Assembly: GCA_000934665.2 (NCBI GenBank)
Contig: JYFJ02004750.1
Coordinates: 45,408 to 65,407 of the forward strand
Reading direction: 5' to 3'
Origin: Catajapyx aquilonaris
Lineage: Eukaryota
Length of the DNA stretch: 20,000 nucleotides
A program made the translations under genes and the position numbers. Each line of letters begins with the position of its first letter. Positions within the stretch are counted from its first letter, which is position 1. This document shows, piece by piece, positions 10,846-20,000 of the stretch. The notes under the pieces were generated by a model. It was not told the DNA's origin, ran no database searches, and saw only the letters and a program-made list of their open reading frames with translations.

Positions 10846-12554
10846 TGCATGAGTTGCACAAATGCATTGATGGGTTCCAAGGTGCAGACCTGCATTGGAC
10901 ATCCTCTGAACTGGAAGCCATCCGGGACACTGCGTACTAAGGCATCCATCACCTCATCTCTGGATTCGGCAAGTAAATCACCACAAACCTCCAGTTCAAA
11001 ACTTCTCAGGACAGGCCCCAAAAGATGCTGCATATCACTGCACCAGTGGGTGTCCAGCCCCATCACCTCTGCTCTACGCCTGGCAATCATTTGCATAATC
11101 TCCTTTTCCATGCCAACAGCAACTGATTCTGGGTTTAGAGTGCTTCCTACTAAGGGAGGGACAGGAGGGAGGAGCACGCTTCTGATGGACATCTCTGGCA
11201 GGGCTGTCCAATCTGCATGATTATAGAAATTCCACTTGCAGCAGCTCACTGCATCTGATGGCTGCCTGTTTGCAAAGAGGCTGTGTCCATTATAAGTACA
11301 TCCAACGGTAGCCATCATGGCCAGAGGCATACGTCGTCCGGATACTGCATCAAAGAATGATGGTTTCTTACTCTCATTGAGGGCCACAACCCAAAAATAT
11401 GGAGTGTCAAGATGCCTGGCAAGTGTCCCAATGCACACATAAGCATCCATGCCAAATCCTTGAAGCAATCCACAGAGGAGGTTGGCTTTGTCTGGAATTG
11501 ATCCTCTCTTTAAGACTAATAATACATGCTGATTTGTCCACCGCTCCACATAACTTTGATGCATGGCCTCTGCTGAGTGCTGATTAGTCCAGTGGTTGTC
11601 CCTTGACTTCTCAGAGGTCCTGCCAGTCATATTGGATGGAATTTGCCAATTAAGCGTTGGCATCAAGGAAACCATTCTTAAAGCATCTAGGTGTGTGTAT
11701 AGGGTTCGTCCAGGATTCAGCTTCCGAGCAAATGAACAAATGGGGCGTGACTGCCCAGATTCATCAGTCCCAAAGATTTTAACCAGTCGAGATGAATGAG
11801 CTGGGTGTTCATCCAGGAAATCTGCCCACCACCGCTTTGCATAAACTAAAAACAATCGCTCCCGTTCAGATTTACGCCCACGTTCAAGTCTCAACTGAGC
11901 TTGGAGTGCTTCCTCCCTCACAGGTTGCACAGAAGCAGGAACGATTCTTAGGGACACACCTAATAGCCCAACTGGCACACTACTTTCAACTCCAACTCCC
12001 ATGAGCTGAACAGTGAAGTTATGGAGTCCTTCTGCAGACAATAGGACACCACGCCACTCCAGCCAATGTGATGCCACCAGATGACTCTGCTCTCTGCCGT
12101 TAACACTTGTCCTTCTTGCAATTACTAGATGTATTCGTTCCGATACTGACAACAAGTACTTGGAATTCAATGTGAATTCAAATTTTGCGGAGAAGACAGG
12201 ATCACAGACACATGGAACAGGTTTAGAACTGAATCTTTGACCCCTGAAGTGGAGATGAGCAGTCATGTATGCGCGAGGTAGTTCTGGCGTTGATGGAACT
12301 TCCTCTACCAGGTGATCCAGGAATGCCTTACCATTTTTTAACTCCACCCTCAGAACTACACAACGAGGACTCCTGTCTACTTGCTCCACCTTGGGTGTAT
12401 CTTGAGCTTCACCCGTCATGTTCTGCAGGAGTGTATCCAAAACTCCCTTTTTTCTTAGCCCCTCCAGAATTTCATCCTCTGTGGGCATAACATCACTTCC
12501 CCCGGACTGCAAAATTTCATCCACGACTTCTCGGATGTGGGCCTGCATGTCATC
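10846..12554 (-). CDS. CEP76: Centrosomal protein of 76 kDa, coding exon 2 of 3 (C2 domain and transglutaminase-like domain)
   Basis: Motifs GKAFLDHL, LHFRGQRFSSKPVPCVCDP, LVASHWLEWR, ERERLFLVYAKRWW, RLVKIF and ANLLCGLLQGFGMDAYVCIGT are characteristic of CEP76. Acceptor TTTCAG|GAT at 12555/12554. Full model is about 648 aa. Confidence 0.93.
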
Positions 12555-12654
12555 CTGAAAGTACAACAAAAAATTAGCTAAGGTGAATACATACTGCATT
12601 ATTAAAACAAAGGGGTGGCAATCCACAAACAATCAACTTCTGGCATGTGGTTAA

Positions 12655-13453
12655 CCCCTTCGGCCCCAGATCGGCCCGAACCACACAGTTTTTGGCTTAC
12701 GCGTACTCCGAAGATACGGACAAGATATTTGGCAATTAATAACAGCTATACTTACGAGATCTGGGAAAACCCTATGAATGTGTCTGGAACCATTTTACTT
12801 GTCTAGAAGTCCCTAAATTAATTTCCAAAAAAGGGCTATAATAACTCGAAATTGGACTACTGCCGCCCAACTTTTAGGCTGATTTAATTATGAAATGCGT
12901 GAAAATATGCGGAATAACAACCTTGAGAACCATGCCAGACGAATTTGCTGAAATCGTCGTACTTTGCGAGAAATAAATTAATACTTATTTGCGGCTTTCT
13001 GGCCCTTCGGAAAACTTCGGAAAACTCTCAAATTTATTTGTTTCTCATGAAGTACGACGATTTCAGAAAATTCATCTCATACTCATTTAGGAGTTTTCCT
13101 AAGTGCTAGAAAGCCGCAAATAAATATTAATTTATTTCTCGCAAAGTACGACGATTTCAGCAAATTCGTCTGGCATGGTTCTCAAGGTTGTTATTCCGCA
13201 TATTTTCACGCATTTCATAATTAAATCAGCCTAAAAGTTGGGCGGCAGTAGTCCAATTTCGAGTTATTATAGCCGTTTTTTGGAAATTAATTTAGGGACT
13301 TCTAGACGAGTAAAATGGTTCCAGACACATTCATAGGGTTTTCCCAGATCTCGTAAGTATAGCTGTTATTATTTGCAAAATATCTTGTCCGTATCTTCGG
13401 AGTACGCGTAAGCCAAAAACTGTGTGGTTCGGGCCGATCTGGGGCCGAAGGGG
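12655..13453. mobile_element. piggyBac-like MITE with near-perfect arms of about 360 bp, in CEP76 intron 1
   Basis: TTAA at 12651-12654 and 13454-13457. Termini CCCCTTCGGCCCCAGATCGGCCC and GGGCCGATCTGGGGCCGAAGGGG. Arms 12655 to about 13016 and about 13092 to 13453 differ at few positions. Confidence 0.93.
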
Positions 13454-13541
13454 TTAATGGAGAAGTATCAAATGAAGTTTTCGTTATAGTAGAACTCAGA
13501 TTATCTGACTCCTCGGTTTAGTCTGCTTCCGGAAATATATA

Positions 13542-13677
13542 CAGGGTGGATCCACTAACTCTGGCAAAAATCACAGGGTAGGGGCATTTCCGGACATGGG
13601 TACCGAAGCTCAAAATACTTGCCTATGGGGCCTCTACCCACCCTGTGATTTTTGCCAGAGTTAGTGGATCCACCCTG
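13542..13677. mobile_element. 136-bp Tc1/mariner-type MITE in CEP76 intron 1
   Basis: Perfect 38-bp TIRs CAGGGTGGATCCACTAACTCTGGCAAAAATCACAGGGT, flanked by TA on both sides. Confidence 0.9.
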
Positions 13678-14127
13678 TATAGGCTATATTTTTCTCATCG
13701 AATGCAGGAAATATACTGTAATGTACTACCCATTTGTTTCGTTTTGTCTTAGTGTGTCTATAAAAGATAAATACTTTACTATTTCTTAGAAAACCATTAC
13801 ATTATTATTTTAATGTTTTAATTTTTTTTTGTCATGTTCCATTAAAGTTTTCTTTGCTCCTCGGATTATTATCTGACAATTTTTGTGTTCCCACCTTGCC
13901 AACAGATAATGATGGTTCTACTGTATTTAAAAATAGATAAATTTAAAATGCAAGAATGCGTAACCTTTCAAAAATTGAACTCATTAACATGTCATTAGTA
14001 AAACTGCAATTAATTGAAAAACTTTGCTGCGACCCAATAATATTGTATTTGTTATTGAACAATATTCACAATATCCAGGGCCACTCTTTCCAGGGCCCAT
14101 TACAGGTTTCACTGTATTATTGATTGT

Positions 14128-14159
14128 TACTACTACCTTGCTACTACTACCAAGAGCTG

Positions 14160-14200
<41 letters not shown>

Positions 14201-14210
14201 GCAGTACTAC
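14128..14210. repeat. (TAC)n/(GTA)n microsatellite at the 5' end of CEP76 intron 1
   Basis: Perfect CTA run about 14160-14200 with degenerate flanks. Confidence 0.92.
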
Positions 14211-14214
14211 CCAC

Positions 14215-14313
14215 ATCTTGAAGGTGTTCTCGCAGCAGATGGTGCAAGTCCTCAAGGCTCCTTCGGGGATGGGGTGGAGGCGTTGTTCTAGGTTGAGGTG
14301 GGGTCGCTTCCAT
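14215..14313 (-). CDS. CEP76: Centrosomal protein of 76 kDa, coding exon 1 of 3
   Basis: ATG in GCCATGG context. MEATPPQPRTTPPPHPRRSLEDLHHLLREHLQD followed by donor GTGGGT joins in phase 0 to DDMQAHIREVV, recreating the CEP76 N-terminal helix (ELKQLIHQQL..MDVHGRIREIL type). Confidence 0.8.
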
Positions 14314-14419
14314 GGCCGGATGCCCTCCTGTGCTCCTGCCAAGCCCCCACAAAATTCAAACTTGTTCCGCCGATGCACTACTCGCGTCAAGATCACTAAT
14401 CTCTACAAAAAAATATGTT

Positions 14420-14461
14420 GTAAACAGTCCTCCAGAGCACCACTGAGGTTACCATGGCACC
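14420..14461 (-). promoter_or_regulatory. Candidate RFX X-box plus forkhead core site upstream of CEP76
   Basis: GTTACCATGGCACC at 14448-14461 has one mismatch to the X-box palindrome GTTNCCATGGNAAC. GTAAACA lies at 14420-14426. Both are 110-150 bp upstream of the ATG in a CpG-rich stretch. Confidence 0.45.
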
Positions 14462-15251
14462 GCACCCTTACGATATCGCTCAACAGGTGGCAGCACGTGC
14501 TCACACGAGCGACTGCCATCTGGTCGATGCAAAAATCAATCTGAAATGCAATTAGAGAGGAAAATGGAAAATTACTGTATTCATTTTGACAAATCATACG
14601 TCGTAATTTTACGACCTTCTCAAAATCGCTGGAAAAATTAAAATTGCGAAAAAAATTGACAGTAGCAAACGAAATGCAGAGGGGACATTTTAAAATTATT
14701 TAAAAAAAATTGCGAAATCATGCGAGCGAAATCAGTTTTCTCGCCAGTTTCCTTTTCTTCTCATGCATGAAAAGAGGCTTCACGGAATTCAGCTTTTGAC
14801 CTAGCAAGTTCGATGATAGACATTAATGTAACTGGGAAGTGAACTGAATTGATAAGACCATTATGAATGGAATTAATTTGGGAACTGCCATGAATCTCGG
14901 GAATTGAGAAGAATAATGGAGAATGGATGTTGGTGTTCATGTGCAATAGGTGCAAGTAAATCCACACGGGTAATTAACATACAGGGTGGTGCAACACAAC
15001 AACAATAATAATATTGACATGCAATAATATCAAGGTATCACATTCTAATAATGCAACGAATAATAAACTTAGAAAACAAATGGGACCATCAATGGCAGGG
15101 TGATATTCAATCATCTGATTTAGTCTTACTACAGGTCTAATAACAAAGAGGTTATGATGCCACCACTATTTTTCAATTGTCAGCATACGGTGATATTAGG
15201 AAAGCAAACAAATGATACACCACCTTTCTCAAATGCTGCAAATCTCTTACC

Positions 15252-17537
15252 TCATGACTTCTGCATCGCTTTGGGCTTTTGCAGGGACCCATTTGTTATG
15301 TTGAGCAGCTCATAAATGTCCAGGGCTACTCCAGGTTGGATGTTGTATCCTTTTTCCAGTCCATGAGGATTAGATGGTGACTTGCAATCCAAGTTGACTT
15401 CTTTGCGCATCACCTTGTCAATATCAACTGCACTGAAGAATGCAATCGACTGTGGCAAATCTCTCATTCCCACGCTGTTTACGCAGAAGGCACGAGTCAT
15501 GAGGTTGGTCACCTGCAAGGCTAGGGCAGCCCGATACCGATCACTGTTGCGTACTAAGTAACGCACTTCATCATGCAAACTGAGGCAGAACCTGGATTCT
15601 ATTCCATACGATTCAATAAGCCACTTCATGCAAACAAGCATCAGGTGGAGGTAGTCAACAGCTGAGCTTTGTACAACCCAATTGACTCGACTAGTCATGA
15701 ACTTATTACCTACCACACTAGGCTGCAATGCTCGACTTATTCTTGCACCTAGAAATGGTGTGCAGGGTATTTTGGCACATGCTATTTTTTCCAGGCGATT
15801 GAACATGTGTGATTCAGTACCACCCTTCCACACACTACGTCCTTTCCGTTCACCTTTGGTAACCCGGTAGGTGTGTTCTGCCTTCTTCTTTGCTTCCTCT
15901 GCAGTCAGGCTCAGGTTGAATTGCATCAAAAGTTGAGTTGCATAGGATTTACCAGCACCATAAATACGACCATAGTTGAGAACTTTGGCCTGATGCCGTG
16001 ACACACCAGCCTCTTTGGCAGTCCAGCTGTGCATATCACTACCATCCTCTTTCTTGCCTTGTACTGTCATCCATCCTAGTGCAGTACATCCATGCTCCTG
16101 CATAAACTCACAGTCACCCAGCAGGGATGCTATCCACAACTCTTGAGAATCAACATCAGCACCTACCAAATGGCATCCAGGTGGTGCCTGAACCATGGCT
16201 TTTAATTCTGATCCAAGTCTATGTTCAGATGCATTTGATGCAGTGAGCCAAGTTGGCTCAACTGCCCTGCGGGTTAACGTCCCTGCTGGGACAACTTGTG
16301 GTACTATGGCACCGTAGTCAAATGAATCATCACATTGCGCATCATTGGCAACCCATGATGGCAACTGATTGCGCTCAAGGTACACTACTTGTTGGCCCAT
16401 AATTCGATCACGATTGTTGCGCCAATACCACACAGTTTGGCTACCCTTCAAGATGCGACCAGCGGCAGGTCCAACCCCAGCAGTTTGAATTGTTCCATCT
16501 TCCACTTTGTGCAAAAAGTCCTTAGAAAGAGGGTTTCCAACAGGATGTCCAGGGCCATCTTTGTGAGGAAGGCACCAAAACTCGAACCCATTTGGAACAT
16601 GCTTATCAACATGTGGTCCATACTCTTTTCTTTTGGGCATCCGTTCTGACTTACGCTTCTTCATTACTTGTCTCAGCATGCGTATGTACTCTTGCTTGTC
16701 TTCAACCATCAAATGTGCCTTCAGTTTCAACTCCTCTAGCATGCTGATAACTTTCTCATCATCTAGTGCGTCTTTCACCAAGGTTGGTAGCTTCTCAATC
16801 CAGTGCTGCCATAGTGGGGGAATTATATTGCCATCTGTATCAAGAGTTGGAACGAGATACCCCCACCTGTATACAGGATGATAATGTAGTGGGTGGCCAT
16901 TCCATGTCAAACGCAGCAGCTTTGGAACTAGCTGCATTGAGGATGATATCAGAGAAGGGCCTGCTAAGTCTTCTGCCTCTTCATCGATCTTGTGAGGTAA
17001 AGGGCAAAGGTCACAATACCACTTTGGATAGCCACACATATGCGGCATCTTCTTGTGCAACATAGATCGACTGTCGTACAGTTGTTGAATTTTATCCTCA
17101 TTTGCCTGTTTCTTTTGTGGAGTTTTCTTCCAGCGCACATCCTTAACTGACCAATCGAGGTCATGCAAAAAAAGGTCATCTTTATACCTATCATCATGCA
17201 ACAGAGCGCATGCTTCATCGGCCTGCTGCATGAGAGACAACTTCAATTCCTGCTGTAGATCATTGTAGGTGTCCTCAGCATCTCTGATGTATCGGTCCCA
17301 GTTGGAGTTGACTGGCAGGTATGAGTTTCCCATTTCCAGAAATCCAGCAAAGGTGACTGGATGTGGGAAGTGCTCCTGGAACAGTGGGAAGAGCTTGGCA
17401 GAAACTTTGTAGGTTGCCAAAACATCTGAAGCACAGTAGTTGCACAGGTCTTGGAACATGGCTCGAACATCTCCTAAAGTGCCAGATATGAACACATCCC
17501 GAGGGGCCTTGTCCAGTGGGGGACCTCCACAGTACAG
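15252..17537 (-). CDS. POLG: Mitochondrial DNA polymerase gamma catalytic subunit, coding exon 2 of 2
   Basis: Exo III YCASDV, Pol A VGADVDSQELW, Pol B AKVLNYGRIYGAG, Pol C LHDEVRYLV, plus GTLTRRAVEPTWLTASN and SRVNWVVQSSAVDYLH. Acceptor TTGGCAG|CTG at 17538/17537 gives DVHQ-LYCGGPPLDK. Confidence 0.96.
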   Translation of the reverse strand: MYCGGPPLDKAPRDVFISGTLGDVRAMFQDLCNYCASDVLATYKVSAKLFPLFQEHFPHPVTFAGFLEMGNSYLPVNSNWDRYIRDAEDTYNDLQQELKLSLMQQADEACALLHDDRYKDDLFLHDLDWSVKDVRWKKTPQKKQANEDKIQQLYDSRSMLHKKMPHMCGYPKWYCDLCPLPHKIDEEAEDLAGPSLISSSMQLVPKLLRLTWNGHPLHYHPVYRWGYLVPTLDTDGNIIPPLWQHWIEKLPTLVKDALDDEKVISMLEELKLKAHLMVEDKQEYIRMLRQVMKKRKSERMPKRKEYGPHVDKHVPNGFEFWCLPHKDGPGHPVGNPLSKDFLHKVEDGTIQTAGVGPAAGRILKGSQTVWYWRNNRDRIMGQQVVYLERNQLPSWVANDAQCDDSFDYGAIVPQVVPAGTLTRRAVEPTWLTASNASEHRLGSELKAMVQAPPGCHLVGADVDSQELWIASLLGDCEFMQEHGCTALGWMTVQGKKEDGSDMHSWTAKEAGVSRHQAKVLNYGRIYGAGKSYATQLLMQFNLSLTAEEAKKKAEHTYRVTKGERKGRSVWKGGTESHMFNRLEKIACAKIPCTPFLGARISRALQPSVVGNKFMTSRVNWVVQSSAVDYLHLMLVCMKWLIESYGIESRFCLSLHDEVRYLVRNSDRYRAALALQVTNLMTRAFCVNSVGMRDLPQSIAFFSAVDIDKVMRKEVNLDCKSPSNPHGLEKGYNIQPGVALDIYELLNITNGSLQKPKAMQKS

Positions 17538-17703
17538 CTGCCAATGTTGAAAGATGTGGGTTAATTACAATAAAAATTGTTCCGTCAATACACTTGCACA
17601 TACTGTGTAATCTATGAAGTCTGCAACTGTAATATTTTTAAGGCTAAAATGCTCTGACATGGATGCAACTTACATTGTAACACCCCGAGATAATTGCACA
17701 AAC

Positions 17704-18948
17704 CTGATGGACATCACTGAGGTTGCTGAGTGATGTAAGCGGCTGCCACCTCTCCAACTTTCCACCACCATTGTTACTGCTGACTTCAATCTCACCATCT
17801 TCTTCTGCCTCCTCAGCTCCATTATTTTGAGCCTTTGCTGCCATCAGCAGGTTCCGCTGGAAGCTAGTGACCCCACTGACAGCCATATGCATAGACATTG
17901 TATCCACAAATCTCAACTTGGTGCCCCTAACCAAATATTGTTCCTTGACATATGACCGATCAAATGCTGCGTTGTGAGCAATGACCACTTTTGGCTTCCA
18001 GTCTCCTTTGGACTTCACCTTCCCTGCAACAGTTTCCAAGGGAATGAGGTCACTAATGTTCCTCCGACTTTGGCCTGGATCAATATTCTTGGATACCAGG
18101 TCCTGACTGCACCACAAGTACCAGGCAGAAGGCGACAGGGCAGCTGCAAGGGTGGGCACTTTTGCTACATTATTGTTCTGTATCACTTCCACGTCAAGTA
18201 CAAAGCAGTCTTCTTCTGGATATGGAACTGGTTTTGGGGGATCACCAGGTGCATATTTCATCCACCCAGCAGTCAAAACCCACTCTGAAGGCACTGGCAG
18301 AGGTTCACTTGAAATCAGTAGGTTAATTAGCTGCACATACGGCTCTGACTGGGACATGGCAATTGATCTGAAATGTGAATCCAAGTCTGTTCCTTGCAGT
18401 TTTGGGAGGGTAAACTGTATTTGAGGCGCAGCAGTACGTGGTCGGCCCCACAATCCATGAGTTTGTAGCTCGGTCTTGATTAACTCAGTATCACATGCAG
18501 ACTCATGTGAGCCATCAGGAAAAAGGTGGCGGTAAATTCCATCTGACAGCATCTGCAGCCCACAAGGATTCCACCGAGCACCACAATCTTGATCTGGCGG
18601 CGGTTCTCCCTGCGAGCCATTATCTGATGTTTTGGATTCGATGACTCCAGTGTTGGAAGCATGCCTGACTCTGTTTTTGTCCACGAAAGCATATGCGTGG
18701 TCACACTCTGAAGGATGCCTAAAATCAGGCAGATACTTGCTTATCCCATCTTTGCCAACCTGGACCAAAGTGTACGTGCTTCTTGGACCTTCCGACATAC
18801 CTCCTTGACACTTCTGCACTTGGACACCCTCAGGCGGTGCCCATGTCGTCTTGTCCTTGCAGCCGCCTTCTAAGTAGGTCCGATAAATGACACGCATGTG
18901 GTCAAACTTCCCATTCGCCCAAGTACCACTAATCGCCTTCAGCGTCAT
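17704..18948 (-). CDS. POLG: Mitochondrial DNA polymerase gamma catalytic subunit, coding exon 1 of 2 (start codon tentative)
   Basis: RWNPCGLQMLS, Exo I VLDVEV, Exo II HNAAFDR and FVDTMSMHMAVSG. Donor CAG|GTTTGT at 17704/17703, 166-bp phase-0 intron. First in-frame ATG is at 18948; the frame stays open to about 19137. Confidence 0.92.
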
Positions 18949-18989
18949 TCTGTATGTCCAGTTCGTATTGCACTTCTCGACCCCGCTGG

Positions 18990-19091
18990 TTAAGACTGTC
19001 CACCCTGCCCGTACAAAGGAATGGCTTGTATTTTCACAACGAAATAAACCCCTAGCAGACGCACATGTTTTGCACACCTGCAGGGCGCCAT
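18990..19091 (-). promoter_or_regulatory. Candidate upstream ORF (33 aa) in the POLG leader
   Basis: AAACATGGCG start context at 19091, out of frame with POLG. MAPCRCAKHVRLLGVYFVVKIQAIPLYGQGGQS* ends 41 nt before the POLG ATG. Confidence 0.4.
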
Positions 19092-19495
19092 GTTTGGCGT
19101 GTCCAAATGGCAGCCTGCTGCTCGGGCGAGTCCGAAATTACACGCAAAGGGTCATTGTACGATTACAACAATGATTACAACGAAGCAATTTTTTTACATG
19201 CTCTTTTCACTGCCTGACAATGCTATAAATGTAGAATAAGGCATAAAGCTACACCTGTTGCATTCCATACGTTTTACACATGGCACGTATGTTTTCTCTC
19301 CCTCCATTGCAGAAAAGAGACCGGCCGCAATTATATAGTGCTTCAAATCATCTATTTCTACCTGCTAAGGAGAACGGTGTAAAATAACGTGGCTACAATT
19401 ATGTAGAAACTAAAATTTTTATTTACACGAATAAATATTGGAATAAATAATTTTTCTGAAATCTCAACAGTGATAAAACCATCCTTCACGAGCTA

Positions 19496-19678
19496 TTATT
19501 TTTGTGTGCGTATAGGCGATTCTGAGATGGAGCTTTTGTGCTTGACTTCCCTCTGCTTCATGTACGACAAGTATGTTGCCCAGATGAAGCTGAACATGGC
19601 CACAAATGTAGCTCTGTTGCGTTCAGGGACAAAAGTGAAGTTGAAGGTCTGGACCACAGGCCAGTAACACAGTCCGCT
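19496..19678 (-). CDS. Mpv17/PMP22-family membrane protein (Mpv17-like), terminal coding exon; rest of the gene lies beyond the window
   Basis: SGLCYWPVVQTFNFTFVPERNRATFVAMFSFIWATYLSYMK fits the family C-terminal signature WPxxQxxNFxxVPxxxRxxFVxxxxxxWxxYLS. Acceptor TTTATTTCAG at 19679. Minus-strand AATAAA at 19418-19423. Confidence 0.88.
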   Translation of the reverse strand, partial: SGLCYWPVVQTFNFTFVPERNRATFVAMFSFIWATYLSYMKQREVKHKSSISESPIRTQK

Positions 19679-19744
19679 CTGAAATAAAGCAGAACTTTCA
19701 GCTCTTCCATGCACTCATAATATTATCACTCTTGATATTATTAA

Positions 19745-20000
19745 CCCTGGAACCATGCCGTGGGGTCTTTTTGGACCCCAAGGAAAAAAATGCATTAAAA
19801 TGATGATTACAATGAACTTTTGCCATTATTTTACAGTATATAACAGGAAGTGCAGGTTTATTTTGAATTAGCGATCATTTTAGGCATTGTTCAAAGAATG
19901 ATTGTACGAGGTAGGCGCCAAAAGTTTCCGTCCTGGCTATGTTCCAGGGGTGATAGAAATGAAACAACTATAGTGTCAGGTAGTCCCAACCATGAGTTGA
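19745..20000. mobile_element. Probable left end of a piggyBac-like MITE, with a mariner-like terminus at 19907, truncated by the window end
   Basis: TTAA-CCCT start at 19741 with sub-terminal palindrome GGGGTC-N6-GACCCC. TA-CGAGGTAGGCGCCAAAAGTTTCCG at 19905 resembles mariner TIRs. The partner ends are not visible. Confidence 0.4.

Noticed and set aside
10806..12632. 608-aa ORF as a single-exon gene
   Set aside because: Both ends run into introns. The true N- and C-termini lie in separate exons at 14215-14313 and 10627-10765.
14980..15000. TACAGGGTG MITE-like terminus
   Set aside because: No matching inverted end nearby; a 9-mer can occur by chance.
15682..18704. Alternative-frame and antisense ORFs inside POLG as POLGARF-like genes
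   Set aside because: All are about 110 aa or shorter, lengths expected by chance alongside a long CDS, and none extends from the leader.
1..20000. CRISPR arrays, prokaryotic operons or defence systems
   Set aside because: The sequence is intron-containing animal DNA. The only thrice-repeated 13-17-mer is a retrotransposon target-site duplication, not a regularly spaced array.

Overview
Animal nuclear DNA, probably arthropod (inferred from a SINE of arthropod type, the MITE content and the CpG pattern). The right half holds three tightly spaced minus-strand genes. In transcription order they are the last exon of an Mpv17/PMP22-family gene (19496-19678), a complete two-exon mitochondrial DNA polymerase gamma gene POLG (15252-18948, about 1176 aa) and a complete three-exon CEP76 (10627-14313, about 648 aa). 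The left half has no identifiable host CDS. It contains TTAA- and TA-flanked palindromic MITEs, a tRNA-derived SINE nested in one of them, an RTE-derived short element and a decayed RNase H-containing non-LTR retrotransposon whose target site occurs three times. Leading points for follow-up are possible spliced read-through from POLG into CEP76, a strong-context uORF before POLG, a short fungal-like fingers loop in POLG, loss of the transglutaminase-like catalytic residues in CEP76, and repeated retroinsertion at one site. Family assignments come from recalled motifs, not database searches. No confirmed novel system was found.
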